From IMG/VR virus record IMGVR_UViG_3300025417_000030, positions 1 to 49,473 of that record: 49,473 bases of DNA; one strand, written 5' to 3'. Made by a program: the position numbers and the translations under genes. This DNA is from a virus (taxonomy: Duplodnaviria; Caudoviricetes). Of the stretch, positions 1-9,298 are shown in pieces (within the stretch, counting starts at the first letter, position 1; every line of letters starts with the position of its first letter). The notes under the pieces are model-generated. The model was given only the letters and a program-made list of their open reading frames with translations, searched no databases and was not told the origin of the DNA.

Positions 1-287
1 TGGAGCAAAAATCATTAACATGGCTTTTGCTAAGAATAGAGTAGCTATGGCTGCTTAGTCACATCAAACCACAAGTTTCGAGGTTAGAGAAACAGGTTGA
101 TTCAAACAACTAAAAAAAGTTTGACACTCAAGAATAGAAATTATAAGGGTGAAAAGTGCTAAGTTAATTTCAAATTTCTCCATTAGAAAATGGATAGAGG
201 GTAATTACCTCGATAAAAAACTTACATGAATGTAACTTATGAATTTTACTATTTCCAGAAGAGCCGTCGCTGGTTCTACCTCCACAA
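1..287 (+). ncRNA. ssrA: tmRNA, 5'-truncated by window edge
   Basis: Tag-like frame 2-58 GAKIINMAFAKNRVAMAA*; 3' tRNA-like end with T-stem GAGCC/GGTTC (261-276), acceptor strand TACCTCC-A (277-284) with U at the G3.U70 position; smpB present in window. T-loop atypical. Confidence 0.75.
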
Positions 288-352
288 AAGTTTTTTGCAT
301 CTTTAAAATGCAAATGGTGGAGAATATGTTATGGTTGAACCATTACAGTCCT

Positions 353-392
353 AAGGAGTGGAGAAAAGAAAGTAATTAATCCACTCCTTTTT
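353..392 (+). terminator. intrinsic terminator after tmRNA
   Basis: AAGGAGTGGA...TCCACTCCTT stem followed by T run. Confidence 0.65.
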
Positions 393-424
393 ATTTTGTT
401 TTTATTAACTAAAAAATAAGAATT

Positions 425-1036
425 ATGAAGTATGTATTTTTTCTAGCAATTTTATTTTTGCTATCTTGTCAATCACAACCCGTGGTTTATCAAACAAGCC
501 CTCAACCTGTTGTAGTTGTTACACCACCGCCTGTTCAAAATTATAATCCACAATATCAAGTGATGGAAAATAATGGGCAGCAAGTTGTTTATGTTCACGA
601 TGGTGCAACAAGTTTTTTTATGGATTATTTGATTTTTAATTCATTGTTTAATTCCGGAGGTTGGGGAAGTGTTTATGGTCGTTATCATTCTAACCCGAAT
701 ATTTATTATAATCCAGGTTTAGTTTCAAGATATCATTCTTACCATGTAAATACTTATAGAACAAATTATTTAAGAACGAATGTTAATACTTATGTAACTA
801 CTCATAAAACTATTGTTGTAAATAAAACAACTGTGGTTAATAAGACAAATGTTACAAATGTAAGTAATAGAACTAGCATAAGTACACCTACTGTTTCTCA
901 AAGAAGTTTTACACCTACAGTAAGAACAACTCCTGTTTCCTCTAGTGGATTTGGTAGTAGAAGTTCATCCTCTAGTTTTAGTTCAAGTAGAAGCTTTGGA
1001 AGTAGCAGTAGTTCTGGATTTGGTAAAAGAAGATAA
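425..1036 (+). CDS. putative lipoprotein with Ser/Gly/Thr-rich disordered C-terminus
   Basis: Hydrophobic signal with LLSC lipobox; C-terminal SSSGFG repeats. Confidence 0.7.
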   Translation: MKYVFFLAILFLLSCQSQPVVYQTSPQPVVVVTPPPVQNYNPQYQVMENNGQQVVYVHDGATSFFMDYLIFNSLFNSGGWGSVYGRYHSNPNIYYNPGLVSRYHSYHVNTYRTNYLRTNVNTYVTTHKTIVVNKTTVVNKTNVTNVSNRTSISTPTVSQRSFTPTVRTTPVSSSGFGSRSSSSSFSSSRSFGSSSSSGFGKRR

Positions 1037-1060
1037 AAATTTTTGTTTTTGTTAATAAAG

Positions 1061-1094
1061 AAAAAGAGGGAATATTGATTTATTCCCTCTTTTT
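1061..1094. terminator. bidirectional intrinsic terminator
   Basis: AAAAAGAGGGAATA-ttgatt-TATTCCCTCTTTTT perfect 14 bp stem between convergent genes. Confidence 0.85.
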
Positions 1095-1763
1095 TAATTG
1101 TAATAGCAAATCTTACCTTCTAATTCTTTCGGAAATTTTCTTAATTTTGAATTGACATAAATATATTTTTTAGTAGTAAATTTTATATTTTCCGGAAATT
1201 CTTTTAAATTATGCAATTCAATTTCACCTTTATTATTAAAAACAATACCTTCTGGTAAATATTCAAGATATCTTAAACTTACATCTCCACCATTATTAAA
1301 AATAATATTTTTAGAAAGTTTTTTGATGTTTGAAAAATCTAAATCGCCACGGTTATTAAATTCAAAACCTTCAGGTATGTTTTTTAAAGTTTTAAATAAA
1401 ACATTACCTCTATTATAAAATTTTAACATTAGGTGGTAATATTTGTAAATAATCAAACCAAATGCTATGAAATCTTTCTGAAAATTCAATTCCATCAGGA
1501 ATTATTTTGCAATTAAAAGAAGAAAAGCCACTTGTTAATTCATGATAAAATTTTTGATATTCTTTTTCTTTTACATCTTTTACTAAATCTTCAGGCAATA
1601 AATCAAATTCATAATTTTGTAAATTAAAATAATTACCACGACAACTCATAATTCTTGCTCTCATATAAGATTTTTTCTCAGAATTAGATAACTTATTGAA
1701 TTGATACTTATCTATATCTAACCCGGTATTGATGTATTGTTTGATTAAATCTTTATTAGTCAT
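1094..1763 (-). pseudogene. MTNKDLIKQY-family protein with C-terminal LRR-like repeats, frameshifted at 1421-1424
   Basis: ORFs 1413..1763 and 1094..1495 join into one repeat array (LPPNVK-FYNRG matches LPEGIVFNNKG) if one A is removed from the A4 run. Confidence 0.75.
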
Positions 1764-1770
1764 CCAGCTT

Positions 1771-1788
1771 TTATTTTTTAATTAATGT
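1771..1788 (-). promoter_or_regulatory. class 2 (late-type) promoter motif, variant
   Basis: ACATTAATTAAAAAATAA upstream of ATG at 1763. Confidence 0.45.
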
Positions 1789-1817
1789 AAAAGTAGATAA
1801 AAAATTTTGTAACTTTG
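1789..1817 (+). promoter_or_regulatory. class 1 promoter AGTAGATAA-N9-TAnnTTTG
   Basis: AAAAGTAGATAA-aaaattttg-TAACTTTG. Confidence 0.8.
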
Positions 1818-1838
1818 TGTAACAAAAAAGGAAATAAT

Positions 1839-3146
1839 ATGACAGTACAAACATTTTACCAAATTGATTCAATGGGAAGAATTAGAGAGTGGGATATTCA
1901 AGTAGTTGATAATGGTACTTATTCTACTATTATTTCAAATGCTGGTTTACAAACAGGTAAAAAAATTGAAACTAAAACAGATGTTCTTACCGGATTAAAT
2001 TTGGGAAAAATAAATTCTACCACACATTATACGCAAGCAGTAGCAGATGCACAAACTGAAATTGATAAAAAAGTAAAAAGTGGTTGGGTAAATGATTTTA
2101 CTCAAATTAAAACTAAAGGAGAAACTTTAACGATAAATGCCCCAATGAAAGCGGAGACATATCACCCAACAGGTTTGCTTAGTGATGGGTCTTTAAAGAA
2201 AGGTTGTTATACATTGGATGGAAAAGCCGGAAGTAAAAAACAAACTGATAGTATAAGGGGTAAGAAAATTTGTATCTCCAGAAAAATTGATGGTTGGAGA
2301 CTAAGAATTTATGTTGATAATCAACAAGTTATTTTCTATACTTCAAGTGGTGATGTAACTTTAAGTTTTCCACATATTGAAAAAAGAGTAAGAGAAGTTT
2401 TTGATAAAAATATTGGTTATTGGAATAAAAAATATGGAGTAACATCTTATATTTTAGATGGAGAAATATACGCACATAATTTAAAAGCAATTGAAAAAGA
2501 TGGTAATGGCTTTAAAGCGATATATGAAGATAATTTTAATGGATTTCAATTAACTTCTTCTGCTTGTGCTTCAATTGTTAATCTTACCCCAGAAAAATTA
2601 TTTTTAAGAAGTTTAATGCAATTTAATATTTTTGATATTATACTTGAAGATACGACTGTTCCATATTCAATAAGAAAAAAAATAATTAAGTATTTTCCTG
2701 ATGAAAAAAATATAAAAACAGTTGAAGAAATTGAAATAATTGCAAATGAAAAAGAAATCGATGATTTAATGCAACAATTTCTTAATGAAGGATTTGAAGG
2801 CTTAATGATTAAAATGCCAGAAATGCCATACGAATTTAAACGTTCAAAATACATTTTTAAGTATAAACCTTTAATGGATGATGAATTCAAAATTATAGGG
2901 TTTAAAAAGTCTATTACAGGAGATACTCTTGGAAGTTTTGAATGTATTATGCCAAATGGCGTTGATACTTTTTTTGCTAACCCAATGGGTGAATTAGGTA
3001 CAGATGCTGCTAAAAAAGAAATCTGGGATAATCAACAAAATTATATTGGGAAATGGGTTACTTGTTGCTACTTAGAGCTAACTTCGGACGAAATACCACG
3101 CCACCCTAGAGCAAGAAACTTTAGAAAAGGAAAGAGTAAAGATTAA
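1839..3146 (+). CDS. ATP-dependent DNA ligase
   Basis: KxDG motif (RKIDGWR), LDGEIY, FDI, EGLMIK, C-terminal OB-like region ending PRHP; start moved to ATG downstream of promoter. Confidence 0.9.
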   Translation: MTVQTFYQIDSMGRIREWDIQVVDNGTYSTIISNAGLQTGKKIETKTDVLTGLNLGKINSTTHYTQAVADAQTEIDKKVKSGWVNDFTQIKTKGETLTINAPMKAETYHPTGLLSDGSLKKGCYTLDGKAGSKKQTDSIRGKKICISRKIDGWRLRIYVDNQQVIFYTSSGDVTLSFPHIEKRVREVFDKNIGYWNKKYGVTSYILDGEIYAHNLKAIEKDGNGFKAIYEDNFNGFQLTSSACASIVNLTPEKLFLRSLMQFNIFDIILEDTTVPYSIRKKIIKYFPDEKNIKTVEEIEIIANEKEIDDLMQQFLNEGFEGLMIKMPEMPYEFKRSKYIFKYKPLMDDEFKIIGFKKSITGDTLGSFECIMPNGVDTFFANPMGELGTDAAKKEIWDNQQNYIGKWVTCCYLELTSDEIPRHPRARNFRKGKSKD

Positions 3147-3150
3147 AAAA

Positions 3151-3858
3151 ATGGAAATATTAGGTAAAAAATTATATTTAACAGAAGGTTTAATTCATTC
3201 TTATTCTGTTCAAACAACTGTAAGGAGTTTATCTCAAAGATATAAATTTTTTGTTTTTAAAGGTGATATAGACGACAAATATTTCTTTTTGAAATTTAAA
3301 AACTCTGATTATGGGTTATTAAAAAATTTTATTCAAGATTGTAATAATTTATATGGTTGGTATCCTACATCAATAGATTATAATAAAATTGATCATGATA
3401 TTTATACAAGAGAAGAATTAAGAAAAGAAGTACAGTTTCTTATTTTTGATGGTTTTGAAAAATTTACACCTGAGAGGTTAAAAGAATATGTTAATGAAAA
3501 CTCAATAATTTGTATTCAATTTGAGCCTAAACATGATGTAAGAGTTTCAAATATTCCCATTTATTTATATCATGTTACAGATGCAAAAAATGTAGAAAAT
3601 ATTCTTAGAATTGGTTTAATCCCAAAAACAAAAAATCTTTTATTTAATTATCCAGATAGAGTTTATTTATCTTTAAATTTAAAAGGCGCTGAAGTTTTAT
3701 CAGAACAATTTTTTGAATTAGATAAAGAGCCTCAAAAAATTTTAAAAATTGATACAACAAAATTAAATAAAATTGAGTTATTTAGAGACCCTAATTTTCC
3801 GGTAGGTGTTTATAGTTTAAATAATATTTCAAAAGAAGCAATCACAATAGAAAAATAA
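3151..3858 (+). CDS. ADP-ribosyltransferase-fold (Tpt1/KptA-like) domain protein
   Basis: YLYHVT...ILRIGLIP...RVYLS...ILKID motifs; N-terminal LTE putative cleavage site. Confidence 0.6.
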   Translation: MEILGKKLYLTEGLIHSYSVQTTVRSLSQRYKFFVFKGDIDDKYFFLKFKNSDYGLLKNFIQDCNNLYGWYPTSIDYNKIDHDIYTREELRKEVQFLIFDGFEKFTPERLKEYVNENSIICIQFEPKHDVRVSNIPIYLYHVTDAKNVENILRIGLIPKTKNLLFNYPDRVYLSLNLKGAEVLSEQFFELDKEPQKILKIDTTKLNKIELFRDPNFPVGVYSLNNISKEAITIEK

Positions 3859-3862
3859 AATT

Positions 3863-4378
3863 ATGTCAAATTATTTATCACATAAAATATTGCGTGAAGC
3901 TGCTTTAAATGAAGTAGGTGAATTGAATTTAGAAAATGCGTATGATGTTTCTAATATAAATTTTACAAAGGGAAATTTATTTATTAGGAAAGTTAAAACA
4001 GATGTAGGTACTTTAACAATTAATTTTCAAGATGCAACAGGGAATGAAAAAGTTTTAAAGAATAATGCGCAATTGCAAAAACTTAAAATTTTTAATGTAT
4101 CTTATTCAATAAATCAAAATAATTTTCAAGCGGAAAAAACTAATTATAAAGAATTAATGAAAATTCTATCTACTGTTTTTTTAATTGTTGAAAAATTTGC
4201 GAAAGAAGTAAAATTTGATGTATTGTTAATTGCTGGAAATAATCCTTTTAATAAAAATATAGGGATTAAGCAAGCATTATATGGTGCAATAATTGAAAAG
4301 AATATTGAAAAAATAGAAAAATTCAATGAATTTAATGAAATTCTTGTAAATGGAGAAAAAACTTATATGGTTTGGTAA
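3863..4378 (+). CDS. hypothetical protein, possible head-associated
   Basis: ORF; N-terminal KILRE-AALNE leader. Confidence 0.6.
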   Translation: MSNYLSHKILREAALNEVGELNLENAYDVSNINFTKGNLFIRKVKTDVGTLTINFQDATGNEKVLKNNAQLQKLKIFNVSYSINQNNFQAEKTNYKELMKILSTVFLIVEKFAKEVKFDVLLIAGNNPFNKNIGIKQALYGAIIEKNIEKIEKFNEFNEILVNGEKTYMVW

Positions 4379-4393
4379 AAAATTAAATACAAC

Positions 4394-4699
4394 ATGAAAA
4401 AATTAATCGAAATAGACAATCAAGGTACTGATTTAGTAGTATGTGATAATCCTAATTGTGGATTTCATATTCCTTGGGCAGAAGAAAATAAAAATGATTT
4501 AGTAAATTATGTAAATGTTCCTTGCCCACAATGCGGTGAAAATTTATGTACTGAAAATGATTTTTTACAGTATGAAAAATTAATGAATACAGTCAATTGG
4601 GTAAACAAATACTTTAGTTGGTGGACTTATTTATTTTTTTGGGAAAAAGAAAAAACAGTAAATGTTCACGTTCATGAAGGAATAAATATTGTAAAATGA
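4394..4699 (+). CDS. zinc-ribbon protein
   Basis: CDNPNC and CPQC pairs. Confidence 0.6.
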   Translation: MKKLIEIDNQGTDLVVCDNPNCGFHIPWAEENKNDLVNYVNVPCPQCGENLCTENDFLQYEKLMNTVNWVNKYFSWWTYLFFWEKEKTVNVHVHEGINIVK

Positions 4700-4923
4700 T
4701 AGTAGAAGTAAAGTATAGACTTGCAACGGAAGAAAATGCTGGATTTTGGGACGAGGAAAATTTAGAATTTACTCCAACAGAATATTTTAAAAAGTTTCTA
4801 AATGGTTTAAGATTGAATCATAAAGAGGCAATAACTTTAGATGTTTCTGTTCAAAAATTTTATGGATTTTATAGAATAATTGAATGTAAAAAACCTTCCG
4901 AAAGAACAATTTTTAAAATATGA
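4696..4923 (+). CDS. hypothetical protein
   Basis: ORF coupled to neighbours by overlap. Confidence 0.6.
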   Translation: MIVEVKYRLATEENAGFWDEENLEFTPTEYFKKFLNGLRLNHKEAITLDVSVQKFYGFYRIIECKKPSERTIFKI

Positions 4924-5102
4924 AAAAGTATGTAGTTTATTGGTATCACACTTCACTTGGTACTTATGGAAATAAAGCAAAATATAAATTGTTCGAAGAC
5001 ATAAATCTTGTTTATAAATTCCAATCTAAATTAGAAAATTTAGAAAAGGAAGGAAAAACGTATCAACAAGGAAAAATTTCTTTAATCGCAAATAATTTTT
5101 AA
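4920..5102 (+). CDS. hypothetical protein
   Basis: ATGA overlap with upstream gene. Confidence 0.6.
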   Translation: MKKYVVYWYHTSLGTYGNKAKYKLFEDINLVYKFQSKLENLEKEGKTYQQGKISLIANNF

Positions 5103-5111
5103 AATAAAAAT

Positions 5112-5369
5112 ATGGAATTAGCAATAACACAAGAAGGGAATATTGAATTAAAAAATGTGTTTAATCCTATCGAATTAGTTACCGCCAGCGGTGAAAAAAT
5201 GGCAATAGTAATGAGAGATTCAGGATTTGAATTTTGGTATGAAGGTGAATGGTATTTTGCAAAAGAAGGATATGTTGAACCATTCCATAAATCAGTAAGA
5301 GATAACTATTTAGTTTCAGAATTACAGCACCATGTAGAAGAAAAAACAATTCCTTGTATTAATTTATAA
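5112..5369 (+). CDS. hypothetical protein
   Basis: ORF in operon. Confidence 0.65.
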   Translation: MELAITQEGNIELKNVFNPIELVTASGEKMAIVMRDSGFEFWYEGEWYFAKEGYVEPFHKSVRDNYLVSELQHHVEEKTIPCINL

Positions 5370-5389
5370 ACAAAACCAAATTTTAAAGT

Positions 5390-5647
5390 ATGTTTCAAGA
5401 ATTACCTTCAAATAGAAAAATAACTGTTTATGAATGTTATTTTAAACGTGGTGAGTTAGGATGGTATAAATTTTCTTTACCTTCAAAGGATAGTGGGCAA
5501 TATGTTTCAATAGAAAATTTTAAGAAATCTATGAAACATTTTAATAAAAAATGGAATACTTCCACTCCAGAAACTAATCCTGAAAGATTTGAAGAAGTAG
5601 TTTATATTGAAGTTGAAATAATTGAAAATAGAAAAATAGTTTCATAA
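5390..5647 (+). CDS. hypothetical protein
   Basis: ORF in operon. Confidence 0.65.
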   Translation: MFQELPSNRKITVYECYFKRGELGWYKFSLPSKDSGQYVSIENFKKSMKHFNKKWNTSTPETNPERFEEVVYIEVEIIENRKIVS

Positions 5648-5871
5648 AAGATGCTTTAGGTAACCCAATAGTAATTGGTAAAAAATACGGTGCTAGTAGT
5701 TCTATAAATGGAATTGTGAATGCCAAAATAGGTACAGCTGTTAAAATAAGCAAATTAAAAGTTACTTTAAAAGATGTAATTTTTAAAAAAGGAATTTATG
5801 GTGAAATAAGCAGTGAAGTGGAAATACCTACTGCAAGTATTTATGCTTGTCATTTATTTCCTATTAATTGA
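5644..5871 (+). CDS. hypothetical protein with ATA start (or start-loss pseudogene), absent from ORF track
   Basis: 75-codon open frame (I/M)KDALGNPIVIGKKYG...HLFPIN filling the gap; ATA overlaps upstream TAA. Confidence 0.55.
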   Translation: MKDALGNPIVIGKKYGASSSINGIVNAKIGTAVKISKLKVTLKDVIFKKGIYGEISSEVEIPTASIYACHLFPIN

Positions 5872-5880
5872 TATTTTTAT

Positions 5881-5909
5881 AAAAGTAGATAAAATATATC
5901 TTACTTTTG
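5881..5909 (+). promoter_or_regulatory. class 1 promoter
   Basis: AAAAGTAGATAA-aatatatct-TACTTTTG. Confidence 0.8.
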
Positions 5910-5932
5910 TGTTGTAAACAAAAACAAAGTAT

Positions 5933-6448
5933 ATGTCACAAACAATTAGTCACGTAGAATTATTCGAAAAGTTATTGAATGTAAAAGGAGCTACATTTGC
6001 TACTATTACAACTGAAACAATTCCCACAATGAGGAAAAAAAATAATCCTTATGTAGGTAGAGTTGTTAAAAGAAGTATAATGAATGTCACAATGAATTTC
6101 ATATACGCAAATTCAGTAAACAATCAAAGAACAAAGGAAGGAATTACTGAAGAATTTGTACCACATGAAAGAAGATGGGGAAAAAGAATTCAAGGTACTA
6201 CATTAGTCGAACATGAAAAGGATGGTATAACAAATTATTATGTTGAGGCTAAACCTAATGCTGCTCCACAATCTGTTGTTTATTTATTGGATGGTGAGGA
6301 AATTGATAAAAGCCTTATAGCTGAGTTTTTGCCTGAAGTAAAAGAAAGCAATACACAAGGTGTTGAAAAAGAAATAATCGTGAGAGATTTTGCAATTCAC
6401 TCAATTAAAGAAATTAAAATGCAAAAAGAACATTTTATTTTAAATTAG
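5933..6448 (+). CDS. hypothetical phage protein
   Basis: ORF with own promoter. Confidence 0.75.
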   Translation: MSQTISHVELFEKLLNVKGATFATITTETIPTMRKKNNPYVGRVVKRSIMNVTMNFIYANSVNNQRTKEGITEEFVPHERRWGKRIQGTTLVEHEKDGITNYYVEAKPNAAPQSVVYLLDGEEIDKSLIAEFLPEVKESNTQGVEKEIIVRDFAIHSIKEIKMQKEHFILN

Positions 6449-6450
6449 TA

Positions 6451-6479
6451 AAAAGTAGATAAAATTCTTATTACCTTTG
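6451..6479 (+). promoter_or_regulatory. class 1 promoter
   Basis: AAAAGTAGATAA-aattcttat-TACCTTTG. Confidence 0.8.
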
Positions 6480-6503
6480 TTGTGTAACAAAAACAAAAAG
6501 ATT

Positions 6504-7724
6504 ATGACTCAAAAAGAAATTATTACAGATTATTTAAGAAACAATTGTAGTGCATCAAATGTTAAAACTGCATTTGATAATTTTCCTAGAAATAATGAAT
6601 TTCGCTTTCAACATTTTAAAAGTGTTTGGAATGAAATAAATGGCTTAACAACTTTCAGAACAGAACAAATTCAACCAAAACAAGCAAAAGCTTATGTACC
6701 AATTAATCTTACGCATTGGACTCCAAAGAGTGAAAATTTTCAAGCAGAATTGTTTGAAACTTATTTAACTCACACAGGTTTAGATATAATTTTAAGTGTT
6801 GATGGAGGAGTAACAAAAGGTTCACAAATTATTATTACAGGCGAACCTGGTGTAGGAAAAACAACAGTACAAGCATATATGCAATACCAATTACAAAAAC
6901 ATTACCCTACAAAGAAAATCGTTTGTGTACAAACTGAAATGAAGAAATTTGATATTGGTTATGAGTACGCAAAAAATGGAATGGATTGGATGGGTGAAGT
7001 ACAATATATTATCCTTAAAGGTGATGATGTTGAAAGTGGAGATATTGGTTACGAAAGATGTAAAGAAAAGTTAGAAGCTATTTTTACTTCTGGATATGAT
7101 ATTATCTTTTTAGATAGCGTTGCTGATATGGTTGAAAAACTTAAAGCATTTGCTGGAATGAAAGAAAGCGAAGCAGAGAATTTTTTATTAGGTTTAATGG
7201 ATAATGCTTCTGATGGTAAAAATAATCAAGGAATAAATACAACGACTTTTGCTATTCAACAAATTACAAAAGGTGGTGAATTTAAAGGTGATAACAAATT
7301 GAAGCACATGACAACTGGTATGCTACATCTTATGTTTGATAAAAAAGGTGATAGATATATTACTTTTTCTAAGAATAGAAGATGTGGTGGTCACGTTAAT
7401 AAAAAATTGTATTTTTCTTTAAATCAACAAAAAGAAGTAGTATTCAATATTGAAGCGTTTAACGAAGCTGAAGCAATAGCTAGTTATGCAAGAGAGCAAG
7501 CAAATAAATTAAAAGAACATTCGCAAAGCTTCTTTGAAATACTTGCGAACAAAGGAATGGCAGATAACCTTACAGGTAATAAAATTGATAATTTAGATAG
7601 CATTTTTAATAGTGCATTTGAAGAAAGTAATAAATCTTCTCAAAATTCTTTAACTCAAGAAACAGTTGAAGAAATAGATTTTGAAGAAATGGATACTGAA
7701 AATATAGTATCAATGGGAAGATAA
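6504..7724 (+). CDS. RadA/Sms-like RecA-fold ATPase
   Basis: Walker A GEPGVGKT, Walker B IIFLDS, QITKGGEFKG..KLKHM, KNR motif. Confidence 0.75.
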   Translation: MTQKEIITDYLRNNCSASNVKTAFDNFPRNNEFRFQHFKSVWNEINGLTTFRTEQIQPKQAKAYVPINLTHWTPKSENFQAELFETYLTHTGLDIILSVDGGVTKGSQIIITGEPGVGKTTVQAYMQYQLQKHYPTKKIVCVQTEMKKFDIGYEYAKNGMDWMGEVQYIILKGDDVESGDIGYERCKEKLEAIFTSGYDIIFLDSVADMVEKLKAFAGMKESEAENFLLGLMDNASDGKNNQGINTTTFAIQQITKGGEFKGDNKLKHMTTGMLHLMFDKKGDRYITFSKNRRCGGHVNKKLYFSLNQQKEVVFNIEAFNEAEAIASYAREQANKLKEHSQSFFEILANKGMADNLTGNKIDNLDSIFNSAFEESNKSSQNSLTQETVEEIDFEEMDTENIVSMGR

Positions 7725-7742
7725 AATAGTTTTTGTTACAAA

Positions 7743-7778
7743 GGCCGGGAGTTTCTACTCCTGGTCTATATTTTTTTT
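7743..7778 (+). terminator. intrinsic terminator
   Basis: GGCCGGGAGT-ttct-ACTCCTGGTC stem then T run. Confidence 0.7.
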
Positions 7779-7804
7779 CTTAATCTAAATTTTAAATTTT
7801 TTAT

Positions 7805-8137
7805 ATGAATAAATGGGAAGATAGGCCTTATAAAAAAAGAGATACAAATAAATTAGAGAATAAATTTGCAGTATTTTCTTTGCGTGATAATACGATATAT
7901 AAAATTGCTTGTGTTGATTTTAGGGGGCAAAGATTTGATTTAAGCGGGAAAACCAAAACAATTTATTTAAGGTTTGTAGATGGCATTATGTTTGATTATA
8001 CTAACCCTACTGAATTTGATAAATACTATAATTTGCATATTGAAGGATTAACCAGAATTGAAACTAAAGAAAAAATTATTAAATGGTTAGAAAGAGATGA
8101 TAATCGTTTAGCTATTATGGAAAAAGAAGAAAATTAA
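7805..8137 (+). CDS. hypothetical protein (YopX-like possible)
   Basis: ORF. Confidence 0.6.
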   Translation: MNKWEDRPYKKRDTNKLENKFAVFSLRDNTIYKIACVDFRGQRFDLSGKTKTIYLRFVDGIMFDYTNPTEFDKYYNLHIEGLTRIETKEKIIKWLERDDNRLAIMEKEEN

Positions 8138-8147
8138 ATAATTTTCA

Positions 8148-8176
8148 AAAAGTAGATAAAAATTTAATTAACTTTG
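8148..8176 (+). promoter_or_regulatory. class 1 promoter
   Basis: AAAAGTAGATAA-aaatttaat-TAACTTTG. Confidence 0.8.
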
Positions 8177-8200
8177 TGTAACAAAACAAAAATAGAAATT

Positions 8201-9295
8201 ATGAGTACATTCAATTACAATGAGTTTAAGAAAGACGCAATTAAGTTTCAACCATTACAACAAAAGGTTGATTTAAGTGAAATTGACATCACTGATCAAG
8301 GGCAGATAATTATTAAAGGCATTGCTTGTAGGACCGCAGATAATGTCCTATCAGAGCTTTTGAAAATCCTTGGTATTAATACAGGTTTTATTAATCGTTT
8401 TGGTGGTTTAATGGATCAAAAAGCTAAGTTTTCTTTAATTAAAATGATTAAGGAAGCACTTGTTGTAAAAAACAAATCTAGCAAATCAATGAAAAATCTT
8501 GTTACAATAGTTGGTGACAATGAAAGTAAAGAAATAACTCATATTCTTTCTGGAGATATTGATATTATTAGTAATGAAATGGCTCTTGATTTATTTGAAA
8601 AAACTTTTGAACCTGGTGTTTTAGAAATTATTGATGGTTCTGTTGGCGTTAATAAACTTGAATTAACTGTAAGAAAAAACATTGAAGTACTTCCCGAAGT
8701 TAATGGTATTCCTTTAAAAGGTGAAGAATTTAATCCAGGTTTTAATTTTAAAAATTCTTTAATCCAAGGTGTAAGCATTGAAACTTATATGGAAAGGTTG
8801 GTTTGTACAAATGGTATGACAGCTAAAGGTTATTTTGGAGATATTTCAGTTAATAGAGTTGAACCTGGTAAAATACAAGAATTTTTTAAGGATTTTATTA
8901 ATATCCAAAAAAATAATTTTGTTTCTAAAGCATACGGTGAAAACATTGAAAGAGCTACTAAAACTAATGCTTCTTTTTCAGAATTAATGCAAGTTAAAAA
9001 TCTTATTGTTGGGAATTCTACATTAGTTGAAAAAGATGTGTATTCTGTATTACCTGAATGGAATAGAGAAGTAAATAGATTAGCTGCTGCAAATATTGAC
9101 TTTGAAAAGTGTAATGCACAACAATTAAAAAATCACCCAACTAAATCAAATCTTTGGGATGTAATTAATAGACTAACTGATTTTGGAAGTCATGATTATG
9201 GATTTAATGTTGATAAATTTGAACTTCAAAGAGCAGCAGGTTTGTTATTAAACAAAAAAGATTACGATAGTACTAATATCCTGATTTTAGGATAA
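8201..9295 (+). CDS. DUF932-like phage protein
   Basis: RLVCTNGM motif and C-terminal NLWDVINRLT. Confidence 0.6.
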   Translation: MSTFNYNEFKKDAIKFQPLQQKVDLSEIDITDQGQIIIKGIACRTADNVLSELLKILGINTGFINRFGGLMDQKAKFSLIKMIKEALVVKNKSSKSMKNLVTIVGDNESKEITHILSGDIDIISNEMALDLFEKTFEPGVLEIIDGSVGVNKLELTVRKNIEVLPEVNGIPLKGEEFNPGFNFKNSLIQGVSIETYMERLVCTNGMTAKGYFGDISVNRVEPGKIQEFFKDFINIQKNNFVSKAYGENIERATKTNASFSELMQVKNLIVGNSTLVEKDVYSVLPEWNREVNRLAAANIDFEKCNAQQLKNHPTKSNLWDVINRLTDFGSHDYGFNVDKFELQRAAGLLLNKKDYDSTNILILG

Positions 9296-9298
9296 AAT

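Noticed and set aside
290-420. tRNA gene downstream of tmRNA
   Set aside because: Only short hairpins; no cloverleaf could be built.
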